Assembly (NCBI RefSeq): GCF_035285525.1 | Contig: NZ_JAYKGW010000210.1 | Span: forward strand, 88,361-120,360 | Length of the DNA: 32,000 nucleotides | Origin: Okeania sp. | GTDB lineage: Bacteria; Cyanobacteriota; Cyanobacteriia; Cyanobacteriales; Microcoleaceae | Reading direction: 5' to 3' | In this document: positions 1 through 9,746 of the stretch, piece by piece | Layout: each line of letters begins with the position of its first letter | Numbering within the stretch: the first letter of the stretch is position 1 | The notes under the pieces: model-generated | Told to the model about the DNA's origin: nothing | The model's database searches: none | Seen by the model: only the letters and a program-made list of their open reading frames with translations | Program-made: the position numbers and the translations under genes

Positions 1-805
1 CATTTTTAAACCTAGTTTCTAAAGCTTTTATGATTAATTATTTAGTAGATTTAATTTCTCCTTCTACTAAACCAATCTATTCCCCTTTTTCTATACCAAT
101 CTATTCCCCTTTTTCTATACCAATCTCTTCAATGGAAGCAACAAAAGGCATCTTTTTTTCCTCCTTATAATTATATACTTCTGTTTGAAATTGTCTTTTG
201 AGTTCCTCTGGCAATATCATCATCAAGTCGATTAATCTGAACAACTGAATTACCATTTATTTACTATAACCTCTCTCATATAGTAACCGCACTAGAGTCA
301 ACTTACTTTCTAGTCTAATGAGATAATTTTTTCGAGTTTCCTTACTTTTTAAGTAAGACATAATCACCACGGCAAATGGATTATTATTTTCTGCTAATAA
401 TTCCCAATTTTGCTCATAGTCTAATAGTTTAACTACGGGAAATTTTAGAGTTAATTGACAACCTTGGTATTTTTCAAACGATATTTATCATAAATGCGGT
501 AATGATAAACATACATTCTTTCGGCAAAATCACTTTCATATTGACCTTGAATTTTTGTATGAATCAAAATTACTGTTTCTTGGCTATTTTTGAGCAAAAC
601 TTTAACTAATTTATCAGCTAAACGTTTGCTCAAACTAGCATCTTGAAAATTTTTTTTAAACTCTTTATCCAAAGCTTCATAACCTTTTTTCCAATCAATT
701 TCTTAGTAAGCACGAGGAAAAAAGAAAGCCATAAATTCGGGAAAGTAAACATAATCATGCTTCTTTCCCAGGGCTATCATATTCTTCTGTAGTTTGTTGT
801 TTCAT
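1..805 (-). pseudogene. Decayed gene of the cyanobacterial DUF4351 / PD-(D/E)XK (Rpn/YhgA-like) putative nuclease-transposase family; its 3' end runs off the window
   Basis: Minus-strand reading from the ATG at 803-805 gives MKQQTTEEYDSPGKEA-stop (the family N-terminus is normally ..DSPWKE..). It continues in another frame as HDYVYFPEFMAFFFPRAY-stop-EIDWKKGYEALDKEFKK... (the 451..672 track ORF). A third frame gives LKFPVVKLLDYEQNWELLAENNNPFAVVIMSYLKSKETRKNYLIRLESKLTLVRLLYERGYSK-stop-MVIQLFRLIDLMMILPEELKRQFQTEVYNYKEEKKMPFVASIEEIGIEKGE-stop... That is at least 2 frame changes and 5 in-frame stops. Confidence 0.7.
71..128. repeat. 24-bp tandem duplication (ACCAATCTATTCCCCTTTTTCTAT x2 plus a partial third copy) inside the pseudogene
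   Basis: Identical 24-mers at 71-94 and 95-118, partial copy from 119. On the minus strand this repeats the peptide IGIEKGE-stop. Confidence 0.85.
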
Positions 806-1003
806 ATATAAAATAAAAGTTGCATTTTTCAAGTTATAATTATTAATCATAAGTTGAAAAATTGTAAATTATCACCCCGTTATACTTATAGTTTATAGCC
901 AGTTAAAATTGTTTATTTCTCAGATAATACTTGCTTGGGAAAAATTTTCTAGAGTTTAACCTTATCATAGACCTAAAAAGTAAGCATTTAGCAATAATAT
1001 GTC

Positions 1004-1189
1004 GTAAGCATTCAGCTATTAGCACCTCAGCTATCAGCAATAAAAAACTCTGTTTGAAGGAGGATATTTAAACGAATAAAGAAAGTGAAAACTGAATTTT
1101 GTAGTCAGAAAAATTTCTGATTTATCGGCAACTGTATCATACATCTTTTTTCTGAAAATAAAATCAATAGCTGAGTTCTAAATGCTGAC
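1004..1189. mobile_element. MITE-like element, family A (termini GTAAGCATTCAGCTATTAGC ... GCTGAATGCTTAC)
   Basis: The left end GTAAGCATTCAGCTATTAGCACCTCAGCTATCAGCAATAA closely matches the left end of the 10002 copy. The right end is degenerate (ATAGCTGAGTTCTAAATGCTGAC). A solo left-end fragment lies at 980-1000. Confidence 0.5.
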
Positions 1190-1230
1190 AATATGTCAAC
1201 TTTAGAAGAGGATATTCAGTAATTATTAAT

Positions 1231-1268
1231 TATTCATTATTCATTATTCATTATTCATTATTCATTAT
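1231..1268. repeat. Heptamer tandem repeat (TATTCAT)x5, STRR-type
   Basis: Exact 7-nt period read directly at 1231-1265, plus a partial unit. Confidence 0.9.
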
Positions 1269-1397
1269 CCACATATCCACACCAAAAGTTGTAGGGACGA
1301 ATAGCCATTCGCTCCTACAACTTGTTTAGCCAAATAAAAGTTACTCTTAGTATCTTGTCCGCAAGTAGTCTACCTGACTTAAATAAAATCTGTTGTA

Positions 1398-1519
1398 ATT
1401 AATAGACATCTCCAGAAAAGAGGGAACACTTAACTGGGAACAGGGAACAGGGAAAAAGAATTGATGATTTATGGATAATAATTGATTCTATTTTTTATTT
1501 TTGGAGATGTCTAATAATT
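1398..1519. repeat. Small inverted-repeat element (arms ATTAATAGACATCTCCAGAAAA / ATTTTTGGAGATGTCTAATAAT) enclosing (GGGAACA)x3
   Basis: Arms at 1398-1419 and 1497-1519 are near-perfect reverse complements. The same TGGAGATG(T/C)CTA motif recurs at about 15987 and 22404. Confidence 0.5.
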
Positions 1520-1663
1520 AAATAATATCAAATCCGCTTAATTCAGTAGAAAAAAATGTTTTATTTTCAACCATTATCAAAACTCCCCACAACTCCCACC
1601 CTTCCTAAACTCTTTTTACACCGATACTACCGGACATAATATAATATGGGTTTAGAACTCGAT

Positions 1664-1819
1664 CTAGTCTGCATCTGCCCAACGGGAACCGTGATAAGGG
1701 TCTCCTTCAAAAGGATGCACACCAATCATTGGATACATATCATCACTAGGACTAAAAATGCGACCAATAGCTTCAGAAATATAAACTATAGCTTCTTCTA
1801 TTGATTTGAAAATATCCAT
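1664..1819 (-). CDS. Small conserved-looking hypothetical protein (51 aa), below the ORF-track length cutoff
   Basis: ATG at 1817-1819 with GAGG 9 nt upstream. Translation is MDIFKSIEEAIVYISEAIGRIFSPSDDMYPMIGVHPFEGDPYHGSRWADAD, stop at 1664-1666. It is co-oriented with and downstream of the radical SAM gene. The sequence looks like a small cyanobacterial protein family, but I cannot verify that. Confidence 0.45.
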   Translation of the reverse strand: MDIFKSIEEAIVYISEAIGRIFSPSDDMYPMIGVHPFEGDPYHGSRWADAD

Positions 1820-2283
1820 AAACTTTACCTCTTTTGTTAGCGATAAAACTTTTTTATTGACACTTTTACTCTAGCTTATTCTTACCTTACTTGCCTATAG
1901 TTGTAACATTTATTTGAAGCTCGTATTATTTAGTAATTATTTTTAGAGGGATCGAGATAAAATGTAAACTTTTTAGGTTATTTATTTACAATAATTTACT
2001 AGAAAGCTATATGTTAGCTAAAGTTACTTTAATATCGTTCTAGATAAAAATTCACGAAAATTCTCACCTTACCTTAAAATTGTAGCACAACACATTGACT
2101 TAAAAAAATCATCTTTAGATAATCAACTATAAACAAAATCAGGATTTACGCAAGTGAACCTAGAAACCGGGTTTCTGTGCGCAAGTCCTAAAAATATTTT
2201 TGTAGAGATGTTCAATGGAACACCCCTACAGCAGTCTACTCATCAAAAAAACACCATATTTACAGAAGTCGCAGCAAGAACTT

Positions 2284-2339
2284 AACCTCTAACCTCTAAC
2301 CTCTAACTTCTGAGTTTTGACTTCTGACTTTTGAGTTCT
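2284..2339. repeat. Degenerating heptamer array (AACCTCT x3, AACTTCT, GAGTTTT, GACTTCT, GACTTTT, GAGTTCT)
   Basis: A 7-nt period holds over 8 units. The array overlaps the last 17 codons and the stop of the 2289..3875 CDS. Confidence 0.85.
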
Positions 2340-3875
2340 AATAGGCGCACTTAAAGCTGTATTCAGTTCAGCACAACCTAATTTTTCCTCTAAAATAGCC
2401 ATAACTTCACGACCAAAATCATTAGGGTTTCTTCCCCAAGCTTCCAGACAAACTTGACCAAAAAATGCACCTAAAGGTTCTGGGTTCCATAACAACTTTC
2501 TCGCAGTCCAAGGCATTAAACTCATCGGATCATATCCAGGTTTCAAGATGTCTTTTGAGAAAGCATAATCTTCTAAATGAGTGTGAGGTTGTAACCCAAT
2601 AAAAAAGATAGCAGGTTCTACCTTATCAACTCCAAAAATTTTCTCTAGTTCTCGATGATAAGCAATAGTTTGCCTAATAGTTTCATAGGTCTCATCAATT
2701 ACATTAAACGAGTAATTAACTGAAACTAAATCATTAAAACCAGCAGCTTTTAAATCCCGACAATTTTCCAATACTACCCGTAAGTTATAACCCATTCGCA
2801 TTTTCCTGACCAACTCTTGAGAACCACTGGTAATACCAATCTCGAAATAATTCATCCCAGTCTTTACCATCAACTCGCACAACTGAGGAGTAAGGTTATC
2901 CGCACGAATATATGCTGCCCAATGAATATCATCCATCCCTGCATCCAGAATTTTTTGCAATAACTCCACGGCATCATTAATATACATCCTAGCAGGAATA
3001 AATTGAGCATCAGTAAACCAGAAATTACGAATACCGAGATCGTATAGTTGCTTCATTTCTGCAACTACTTCATCAGCAGGATTAATACGAACTTGTTTGC
3101 CCTCAATAACTGTATAGACACAATAACAACAATTATGAGGACAACCCCGTTTTGTTTGTACCCCAATGTAGAAATCTTGATCTTGCAGGTAATATACAAA
3201 TTCCGGCCAGATAGTATTAATATATTTATAGTTGCAGGCAGTTTTTTCAATAGGAGCAGGTTTTTCGTGAACCAGGCGATCGCGCGGTGATGTTTCTCCT
3301 ACCACATAGCATCGTTCATCACTAAAATTTTCCCCTCGAATTAGTCTTTCTAACAAGACTTCTCCTTCTCCGACAGATACAATAGTACCATTAGGCAAAC
3401 TACGACCTAGTTGTTCATAAAAAACACTTACTGCTCCACCCCCAACTATTGCACGAGTTTCTGGTCGATAAATTTTAGCTCTCTTTAGACCATGTTTAAT
3501 TAGTCCTATGTTACGCCAGAGTTCTGTGTAATAAGAAGTTGCTAACCGTAGACCTCCCACTGCACCCCTCAGTTTAATCAGAGGGTTGTTCCCATAATAA
3601 AACTCGAAAGCATTTTGCAGAGGGTTGCCTCCACGGCCTCCGACAGGTGCATATATCTGAATATCTCTCCAGGAAAAGACTAATAGGTTTGGTCTAAATT
3701 TATCAATACAGTTATCTAAAGCTGTTCTGTAGTCTAGAGGTGGTACTGCTCCCAAGTCAAATATCCTTTGCTCTACTTCCGGGAAGAGTTTATGGACATG
3801 ATCTGCTAAATAAACTACTCCGATAGGGAAAATAGGGTTACATGGGAGACGAACATAAAGAACTTTGTTTTCCAT
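2289..3875 (-). CDS. B12-binding-like domain / radical SAM protein; resembles the cyanobacterial family annotated as photosystem II high-light acclimation radical SAM protein
   Basis: 528-aa ORF. CxxxCxxC cluster motif in TKRGCPHNCCYCVY, an N-terminal Rossmann-like region, and a long conserved C-terminal region. The family name is from memory, not a search. Confidence 0.85.
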   Translation of the reverse strand: MENKVLYVRLPCNPIFPIGVVYLADHVHKLFPEVEQRIFDLGAVPPLDYRTALDNCIDKFRPNLLVFSWRDIQIYAPVGGRGGNPLQNAFEFYYGNNPLIKLRGAVGGLRLATSYYTELWRNIGLIKHGLKRAKIYRPETRAIVGGGAVSVFYEQLGRSLPNGTIVSVGEGEVLLERLIRGENFSDERCYVVGETSPRDRLVHEKPAPIEKTACNYKYINTIWPEFVYYLQDQDFYIGVQTKRGCPHNCCYCVYTVIEGKQVRINPADEVVAEMKQLYDLGIRNFWFTDAQFIPARMYINDAVELLQKILDAGMDDIHWAAYIRADNLTPQLCELMVKTGMNYFEIGITSGSQELVRKMRMGYNLRVVLENCRDLKAAGFNDLVSVNYSFNVIDETYETIRQTIAYHRELEKIFGVDKVEPAIFFIGLQPHTHLEDYAFSKDILKPGYDPMSLMPWTARKLLWNPEPLGAFFGQVCLEAWGRNPNDFGREVMAILEEKLGCAELNTALSAPIRTQKSEVKTQKLEVRG

Positions 3876-3976
3876 AATTTTTTTGGATCAAATGTACAAG
3901 GTTTATAAATGATTTATTAAGAAAGATTGCTTTCATAATTTTAATATTAAATTTTCTGAAAATCTTGATATTCTAA

Positions 3977-4232
3977 GATAGGGTTTGCTGAAAAATTCTT
4001 TTTGTCAAGGCAGGGACTAGGGAATAGAGAATAGGGAGTAGTTAAGAGTAAGGAGAAGCGCGAAGTTGCAGAGGAAGTTGAAAAATAGTTTCTTAATTTT
4101 TCTTTCTGCTAGTGAATGTAAAATGCTCAGGTTTTGAACCCGATCCGCCTAAAAATTTCCACTTTTTCCGACCCTAAAAAGACTGAAATCTTTATCTATG
4201 AATACTTTTAGATTTAATCAGCCAGCCCTAAG
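3977..4232. mobile_element. MITE-like element, family C (termini AGGGTTTGCTGAAAAA ... TTAATCAGCCAGCCCTAA)
   Basis: Ends are imperfect inverted repeats. The internal purine-rich tract and the ...TATCTATGAATACTTTTAGATTTAATCAGC end parallel the 13294-13569 copy. Confidence 0.5.
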
Positions 4233-4842
4233 TAATCATGGAAAATAAATTTCCTAGTTGCAAGAGCAAACCAGGTAACTTTGCTTTACCTGTTGGAAAA
4301 ATGTCATAGCATTTCTCAAGCAATATAAAAACTCAGGTAAAGTTGTTTTTTTCTTTTCTATTCTTTACTCTCTACTCAAAAACTTGGTGTCTTAGCACAA
4401 ATTCAAAGAAAAGTTAAAAATCCGCGACAATCTTAATTATTTATTAATAACTTATGATGTAGAAAGTAGCTAGGAAATATGTGGAAAAAATATCCCTTCA
4501 TTTTTCTGCTATTGTTTATTCTCTCCAAAATACCAATTTTTTTAGCTTGACCAACCGAAAAGCTGGTAAGTTAATCAGCAAAATCAATTACACATCTGAT
4601 TCTTCCCTGTTCCTTGATCCCTCTCTTGACTAGAAAATTTCAAAAGCACAACTACTTAATTTTTTGACTCTAAAAATGCTTTAGCCCTTATATTTCTGGG
4701 TTTTAATACTTAATTTAGTCAGCCTTAATTAAAAAATCTAAAAGTCGGTATTCAAGATTACAACCAATAGGGATCAATTAGTGTTAACTTGTTATTATAA
4801 ATAAAAACTGTATAAATCGAAAACTTTTGCAAGACTCAAACT

Positions 4843-5211
4843 ATGGCACAAATTCTTGATCCCTTACCATCCAATAGCTCAAATAAAATCTTCTGTTGCT
4901 ACGTCAATACCACAAGTCAAATCCAGATAACCAAAATTAGTAATGTACCAAATTGGTATTTTGAAAGAGTTGTTTTTCCAGGACAACGTTTAGTCTTTGA
5001 AGCAGTTGTTGGTGCTTGTATGGAAATTCACACAGGTATGTTGGCCAGTTCTATCCTAGAGGATACAGTACCTTGCGATCGCCTGCAAATCAATGAAGGC
5101 CCATATTCTGCAATTCCTAAAACTGAACAATCTGTGGTCAAGTCTGCTAGTCTCTCTCAAAAACCAAAGTCTTCTTCAAAGTCAGAACCAGTTTTGAGTT
5201 TAGCAGATTAA
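4843..5211 (+). CDS. DUF1830 domain-containing protein (cyanobacteria-specific)
   Basis: 122-aa ORF with the hallmark CCYVNTTSQIQITKISNVPNWYFERVVFPGQRLVFEA segment typical of DUF1830, then a low-complexity Ser/Lys tail. Confidence 0.75.
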   Translation: MAQILDPLPSNSSNKIFCCYVNTTSQIQITKISNVPNWYFERVVFPGQRLVFEAVVGACMEIHTGMLASSILEDTVPCDRLQINEGPYSAIPKTEQSVVKSASLSQKPKSSSKSEPVLSLAD

Positions 5212-6345
5212 TTAATTTTGGCTTCCAGGGAGTGAAATTAAATTAGAGGTGTAAAAATAAATCTACTTAATCATTATCATCATTTATTTTTTTCATAGAA
5301 AAGAAAGTTGATGTTCTGGATAATAAATGCTCCCAACAAATGTAGTTATCTTTGTTTTTTGTATTCAAAAAGGTGTTGTGGCGGAAATGAGTAGTCGCTC
5401 ATTTCCCCTACATCCTAATAGGTTCAAAATCTTAACGACATGAACAAGCTAGACTAAGACTTGCTAAATGTTTTCTAGGGAATGCTACGCAAATATGCTA
5501 AATTCAAAGATATCAAGAATAGATTTTATGCATCAATTATCTACTGAAATAATTGGTAAAAACTAAACAATTATTTTAAAAGTATGACAATGTTTTTGGT
5601 ATGATTAATAGTTGATTTTAATACGAAAATTTGTCAAGAAACTGTAGCAATTATCAATAGGTTACAACAAATCAAAAAGTATATAAGAAAACTAAAACTC
5701 TTAAGGATTTGCAACTTAATAAAGTACCAATAATTATTAGTAAAAAAACTGTGCTTGTCCGCAGCTAGGCAGTAATACAGCAGCGGATTCCATCTTAAAG
5801 TGTGGTAAAGCTATGACAGTCTAGAAGGCTGAACTGCAAAAGTTTGGTCATTAATATTTGTACACCATAAACTGGGAATCCGCTCTATTAGGCTCAAGCT
5901 TAATTAGCAAAACAACTTAGTCATAGGCGAAGCCTTATCCCAGATTAGCAATCTCTACTCTGGATAGAGTGCTGGTAGTCTATTTTTTTTGTACTCCCTT
6001 ACCAAACAATTAATAATTAATAATCAACAGTTTATAGTCAATAATTATTCATTCAACGATTCAGGCTTAAAGCCTCCCCGTTGAAGGGGATAAATAAAAG
6101 AAATCATGATTAGTAAATCCCCTTGTTTCTTTTAAGAATGGGTAATTATTAATTTTTCATTGTTAATTGTTGAACTGTTGCCTGTTCCCTAAAAGTAGTA
6201 AGATTTTTATACACAAATAAAACAGGATAGCTATATTTATTGAGATCAAAGAAATGTCAAAATTTTAATTTAATACAATAATTTTAAAACTAAATAATTA
6301 TTCATTATATAGCAATTTTAATATGCTTAATTAACTAGACAAAGT

Positions 6346-6900
6346 ATGATTGAAAATAAAAATTCAGAAACCTCTATATTTAGAATTTCTCCTCTGATTA
6401 AATTAACTCTTTTAAGTTTATATATCGCATTGACTGTACCTTTGCCTTTTTTATCTCAAGCTACAAATGCACCAGTACCTCCTATTATTTTAGAAGTAGG
6501 ACTAATACTAGGAGCAATAGCATTATATGCAGCTTTAACAGAACGAGTAATAACTAACGAGAAAGGTATTCAAGTATCCTATCCAGTTTGGGTTCCAGAT
6601 TTATTTCGCAAAGGTTGGTACTTACCTTGGACAGAAATAAGAGCGCTTAAACCTAGAACTACAGGTCAAGGTGGTTTAGTATACTACTTTCTTAGTAATT
6701 CTGGAGATGGTTATTTATTACCAATGCGAGTAGTAGGTTTTGCCAAACTGGTTCGGATAGTAGAAGCAAAGACAGGTATAGATACAACTGATGTACGTCC
6801 TTTATCACAACCTTGGATGTATTTGATTTTATTCGGTTGTACCATACTTTTACTCTTAGTAGATGCTTGGACGATTTCTAATGCGATGGCTATTTCTTAG
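6346..6900 (+). CDS. Hypothetical integral membrane protein
   Basis: 184-aa ORF with two N-terminal hydrophobic helices, one C-terminal hydrophobic helix and a soluble middle domain. It ends 8 nt before the ABC ATPase gene. Confidence 0.65.
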   Translation: MIENKNSETSIFRISPLIKLTLLSLYIALTVPLPFLSQATNAPVPPIILEVGLILGAIALYAALTERVITNEKGIQVSYPVWVPDLFRKGWYLPWTEIRALKPRTTGQGGLVYYFLSNSGDGYLLPMRVVGFAKLVRIVEAKTGIDTTDVRPLSQPWMYLILFGCTILLLLVDAWTISNAMAIS

Positions 6901-6907
6901 CTGAAAA

Positions 6908-7657
6908 ATGAAACAGGAACAGTATCAACTATATTTAGACCAAGTAAGTTTAACTACCCCAGTTACCTCTCACTACTTACTAAAAGATATTTCTTTTGGT
7001 GTAGAAAAAGGTACTAGGGTTGCTATCGTAGGTACTTCTGGTTCTGGTAAGACCTCTTTGTTAAGACTTTTAAATAAATTAAGTTCTCCCACTTCTGGTT
7101 ATATTTATTTAAATAATCAGAAGTACGAAAAAATTCCTGTTATTCAACTCCGAAAAGAAGTAACAATGGTATTACAGGATTCAAAACTTTTGGGAATGTC
7201 TGTAGCAGAAGCGATCGCTTACCCTTTAAAAGTTAGAGGACTAAGGCAACCGGAAATTCAGGAAAGGTGCGAATATTGGATACAGCAGTTAAATATTCCC
7301 GAATCTTGGTTATCTAGGTCAGAATTACAACTTTCTATGGGGCAAAAACAGCTAGTGGCGATCGCTCGTGGTGCTGTAGTTCAACCTAAAATTATTTTAT
7401 TGGATGAACCTACTTCAGCTCTAGATATTGGTATTGCTAATCGAGTTATACAGGTATTAGAAACTTTAGCAAAAACTGGAGTCACAGTAATTATGGTGAC
7501 TCATCAAATAGATTTAGCTGAAAAGTTTTGTACAAAGTTACTACATTTAGAGCAAGGAGAATTAATTGAAGATTCTCCTAATAGTAAAGTTGATTGGGTG
7601 AAGTTACGTCATAATATTATTCAGGCACAAACTCAAGAAACTGAAGAATGGAATTAA
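6908..7657 (+). CDS. ABC transporter ATP-binding protein
   Basis: Walker A GTSGSGKTS, signature LSMGQKQ, Walker B IILLDEPTSALD, H-loop VTHQ. Confidence 0.9.
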   Translation: MKQEQYQLYLDQVSLTTPVTSHYLLKDISFGVEKGTRVAIVGTSGSGKTSLLRLLNKLSSPTSGYIYLNNQKYEKIPVIQLRKEVTMVLQDSKLLGMSVAEAIAYPLKVRGLRQPEIQERCEYWIQQLNIPESWLSRSELQLSMGQKQLVAIARGAVVQPKIILLDEPTSALDIGIANRVIQVLETLAKTGVTVIMVTHQIDLAEKFCTKLLHLEQGELIEDSPNSKVDWVKLRHNIIQAQTQETEEWN

Positions 7658-7747
7658 TTTCACAAAAATAATGTCAGTCTAATTTTAGTTAGGTCTTCCT
7701 AATTAAATCAGAAAAACCAAATTTGGTCCCTATAATTTACTTCTTAC

Positions 7748-7775
7748 TTTTGAATTTTGAATTTTGAATTTTGAC
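7748..7775. repeat. Heptamer tandem repeat (TTTTGAA)x3 plus TTTTGAC
   Basis: Exact 7-nt period, ending 5 nt from the response-regulator stop codon. Confidence 0.85.
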
Positions 7776-7780
7776 TTGAT

Positions 7781-8539
7781 TCAAGCTGGTGCAACTTCTT
7801 GAGGTTGTTTGTAAGTTTGTTGATAATTATTTTGCCATTTACCCATAGTTAAAATTTCTTGATTAAATCTATAACCAACATTTCTAACTGTCTGGATTAG
7901 ACTAGGTTGACGGGGGTCAATTTCAATTTTTTTCCGCAAAGATAATACATGAGTATCTATAGTACGAGGATTATCAATAGAATCTGGCCATCCTCTATGT
8001 AGTAATTCTGAACGAGTAAGCGGCATTCCTTCTGCTTGAGCTAAAACATAAAGAAGATTAAATTCTTGTGGAGTTAAATCAATGAGATTACCCTTGAAGA
8101 TAACTCTACGGTGTACTAAATCTATAATTAAATCACCATAATTTAAACTAATAGGTGGGGTACAACTAATAGTTCTGCGACGACGTAGTAGTGCTTCGAC
8201 TCTAGCCATAAATTCTTGCATACCAAAGGGTTTAGAAAGATAATCATCTGCTCCTGACTTTAACCCGGCAACAATATCTGCTTCATTTGTGCGTGAGGAT
8301 AACATTAAAATTAAGCACTGTTGCTGTTGCTGAAGCCATTGACAAAATTCTAAACTATTTCCATCTGGTAGATCGTTTTCCAAAATTACCAGACTTGGGC
8401 AATGAGTGTATATTAATTTTTTGGCATGATCAACATTTGCTGACTGATATACCAAGTGTTTTGATTGCTGTAAATGCCAAGCAATCAGGGAACGCAGATG
8501 TTGATTCCCTTCTATAATTAAGATACAAGCATCTCCCAC
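7781..8539 (-). CDS. OmpR/PhoB-family response regulator (winged-helix output) with an atypical receiver domain
   Basis: C-terminal LTPQEFNLLYVLAQ...VRNVGYRF winged helix. The receiver keeps S/T (LSSRT) and K (YLSKPF), but the acidic pocket is ILIIEGN and the acceptor position reads LVILENDLP. Confidence 0.9.
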   Translation of the reverse strand: MGDACILIIEGNQHLRSLIAWHLQQSKHLVYQSANVDHAKKLIYTHCPSLVILENDLPDGNSLEFCQWLQQQQQCLILMLSSRTNEADIVAGLKSGADDYLSKPFGMQEFMARVEALLRRRRTISCTPPISLNYGDLIIDLVHRRVIFKGNLIDLTPQEFNLLYVLAQAEGMPLTRSELLHRGWPDSIDNPRTIDTHVLSLRKKIEIDPRQPSLIQTVRNVGYRFNQEILTMGKWQNNYQQTYKQPQEVAPA

Positions 8540-8883
8540 TTAAAGAACTTCCTATATAATAATTTAGACTTTTCTTTATAATTTCGTAGACTTAGGTTAA
8601 CATAAGTTATTGTTGTGTGTTTGTAACATCTGTTACTACCCTGAAAAAAGACTTTTGAGGGTAATATCAAATCTGCTGGCTACGGTTCCCGAAAAATTGG
8701 AGAATAAAATTCTACCATCAGAAAAGAGGGAAAAGTATGGTTCTGTAGAGGGTACAGTTCCCGAAAAATTGGAGACCAAACCCCTACAGTTCTTTAATTA
8801 TACCGATACTACCAGATTTGATATAAATCCTAACTATGGTTGGCTGAAAAAGTCTTTTGGTTAAGATAGGGAGTAGGGAGTAG

Positions 8884-9060
8884 TTAGGGCTTGCTGAAAA
8901 AGTCTTTTTTAAGGAGTAGGGGAGCAAAAAAATAATTTTTTTAGCCCAACGATGCGCCGAAAATTATAACTTTTTGACCGTTAAGAGCTGAAAACTATGT
9001 ACTTTTTAGGTAGTGATTTTTCGGGAACCGTAAAAGTATCAGACTTTTGCTTGCTCAAGG
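8884..9060. mobile_element. MITE-like element, family C (left end TTAGGGCTTGCTGAAAAAGTC), approximate right boundary
   Basis: The left terminus is almost identical to 13294 and 3977. A second solo left end sits at 8836-8860. The right end is degenerate (AGACTTTTGCTTGCTCAAGG). Confidence 0.4.
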
Positions 9061-9746
9061 TGAAAAAGTGAGTATTTGTGTAAGAGTTAGGCAGAGTTGG
9101 CAAGGGATAATTTTTACAACTACATCCTCTAAAACTTCTGATTCCTTTTGACTTCCCCTCCAGGGAGGGTTTAGGGGTGGGTTGACTCCCTACTTCACTA
9201 CTCCCTACTCCCTACTTTCAAAAATTTATAGAAAATTTTTTGCCAATTGTTAATACACACAGATTAATCATTGTATCACATACTTTATATCTTTTCGACA
9301 TCGAGATTTTGGTATTTTTCCCTAAAATTGATGAAAAATATAAGGAATATATTGTAGAGAGAACAGAAACTGGGAATGAATCCATTTTTAACTATACTAG
9401 AGATTTGAAAAGCCTCCGGAAATTGTTTTAAAATATAGGTAGTTAAACTTCAACGTGATATAAAATGCTGATGTACAACATTAAAATGTTTTTGTAATTG
9501 GTAAGACCAACACTCACTCAAGTTGTGTCAAACTAATCTTAAAAACAAATGGTACAAGTGGCATTGAAGGAAAAATGGTAGTTCTGTAGATGTAGTGATA
9601 TTGATAACTAAACTCCTTTAACTGTTAGGAGCGTAACTTCAAAGATGACTACTTGTAGACTACTACCCAGAAAATAACATTAACCTAGAACTTAGGTTCT
9701 AATAAATAAAAAAAGATAACCATCAATCCATATAAAACAAAAGCTA

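Noticed and set aside
3048-3290. ORFs 3048..3290 (+) and 3065..3250 (-) within the radical SAM gene
   Set aside because: Both are fully embedded in or out of frame with the 528-aa radical SAM CDS, which has strong motif support. Both are AT-rich chance ORFs.
4479-4550. 23-aa hydrophobic mini-ORF MWKKYPFIFLLLFILSKIPIFLA with AGGA just upstream (possible small membrane peptide or type I toxin)
   Set aside because: It is too short to distinguish from chance in AT-rich DNA. The AGGA-to-ATG spacing is only 3 nt, and no match to known small photosystem/cytochrome subunits came to mind. It is worth rechecking only if ribosome profiling or conservation data exist.
1664-4842. Radical SAM gene plus a downstream 51-aa ORF as a RiPP/peptide-maturation cluster
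   Set aside because: The radical SAM protein matches, from memory, a conserved single-gene cyanobacterial housekeeping family. I saw no SPASM domain, no protease, transporter or leader-peptide-like Gly-Gly motif. The flanks are repeats, and 470 bp of repeat DNA separates the two genes.
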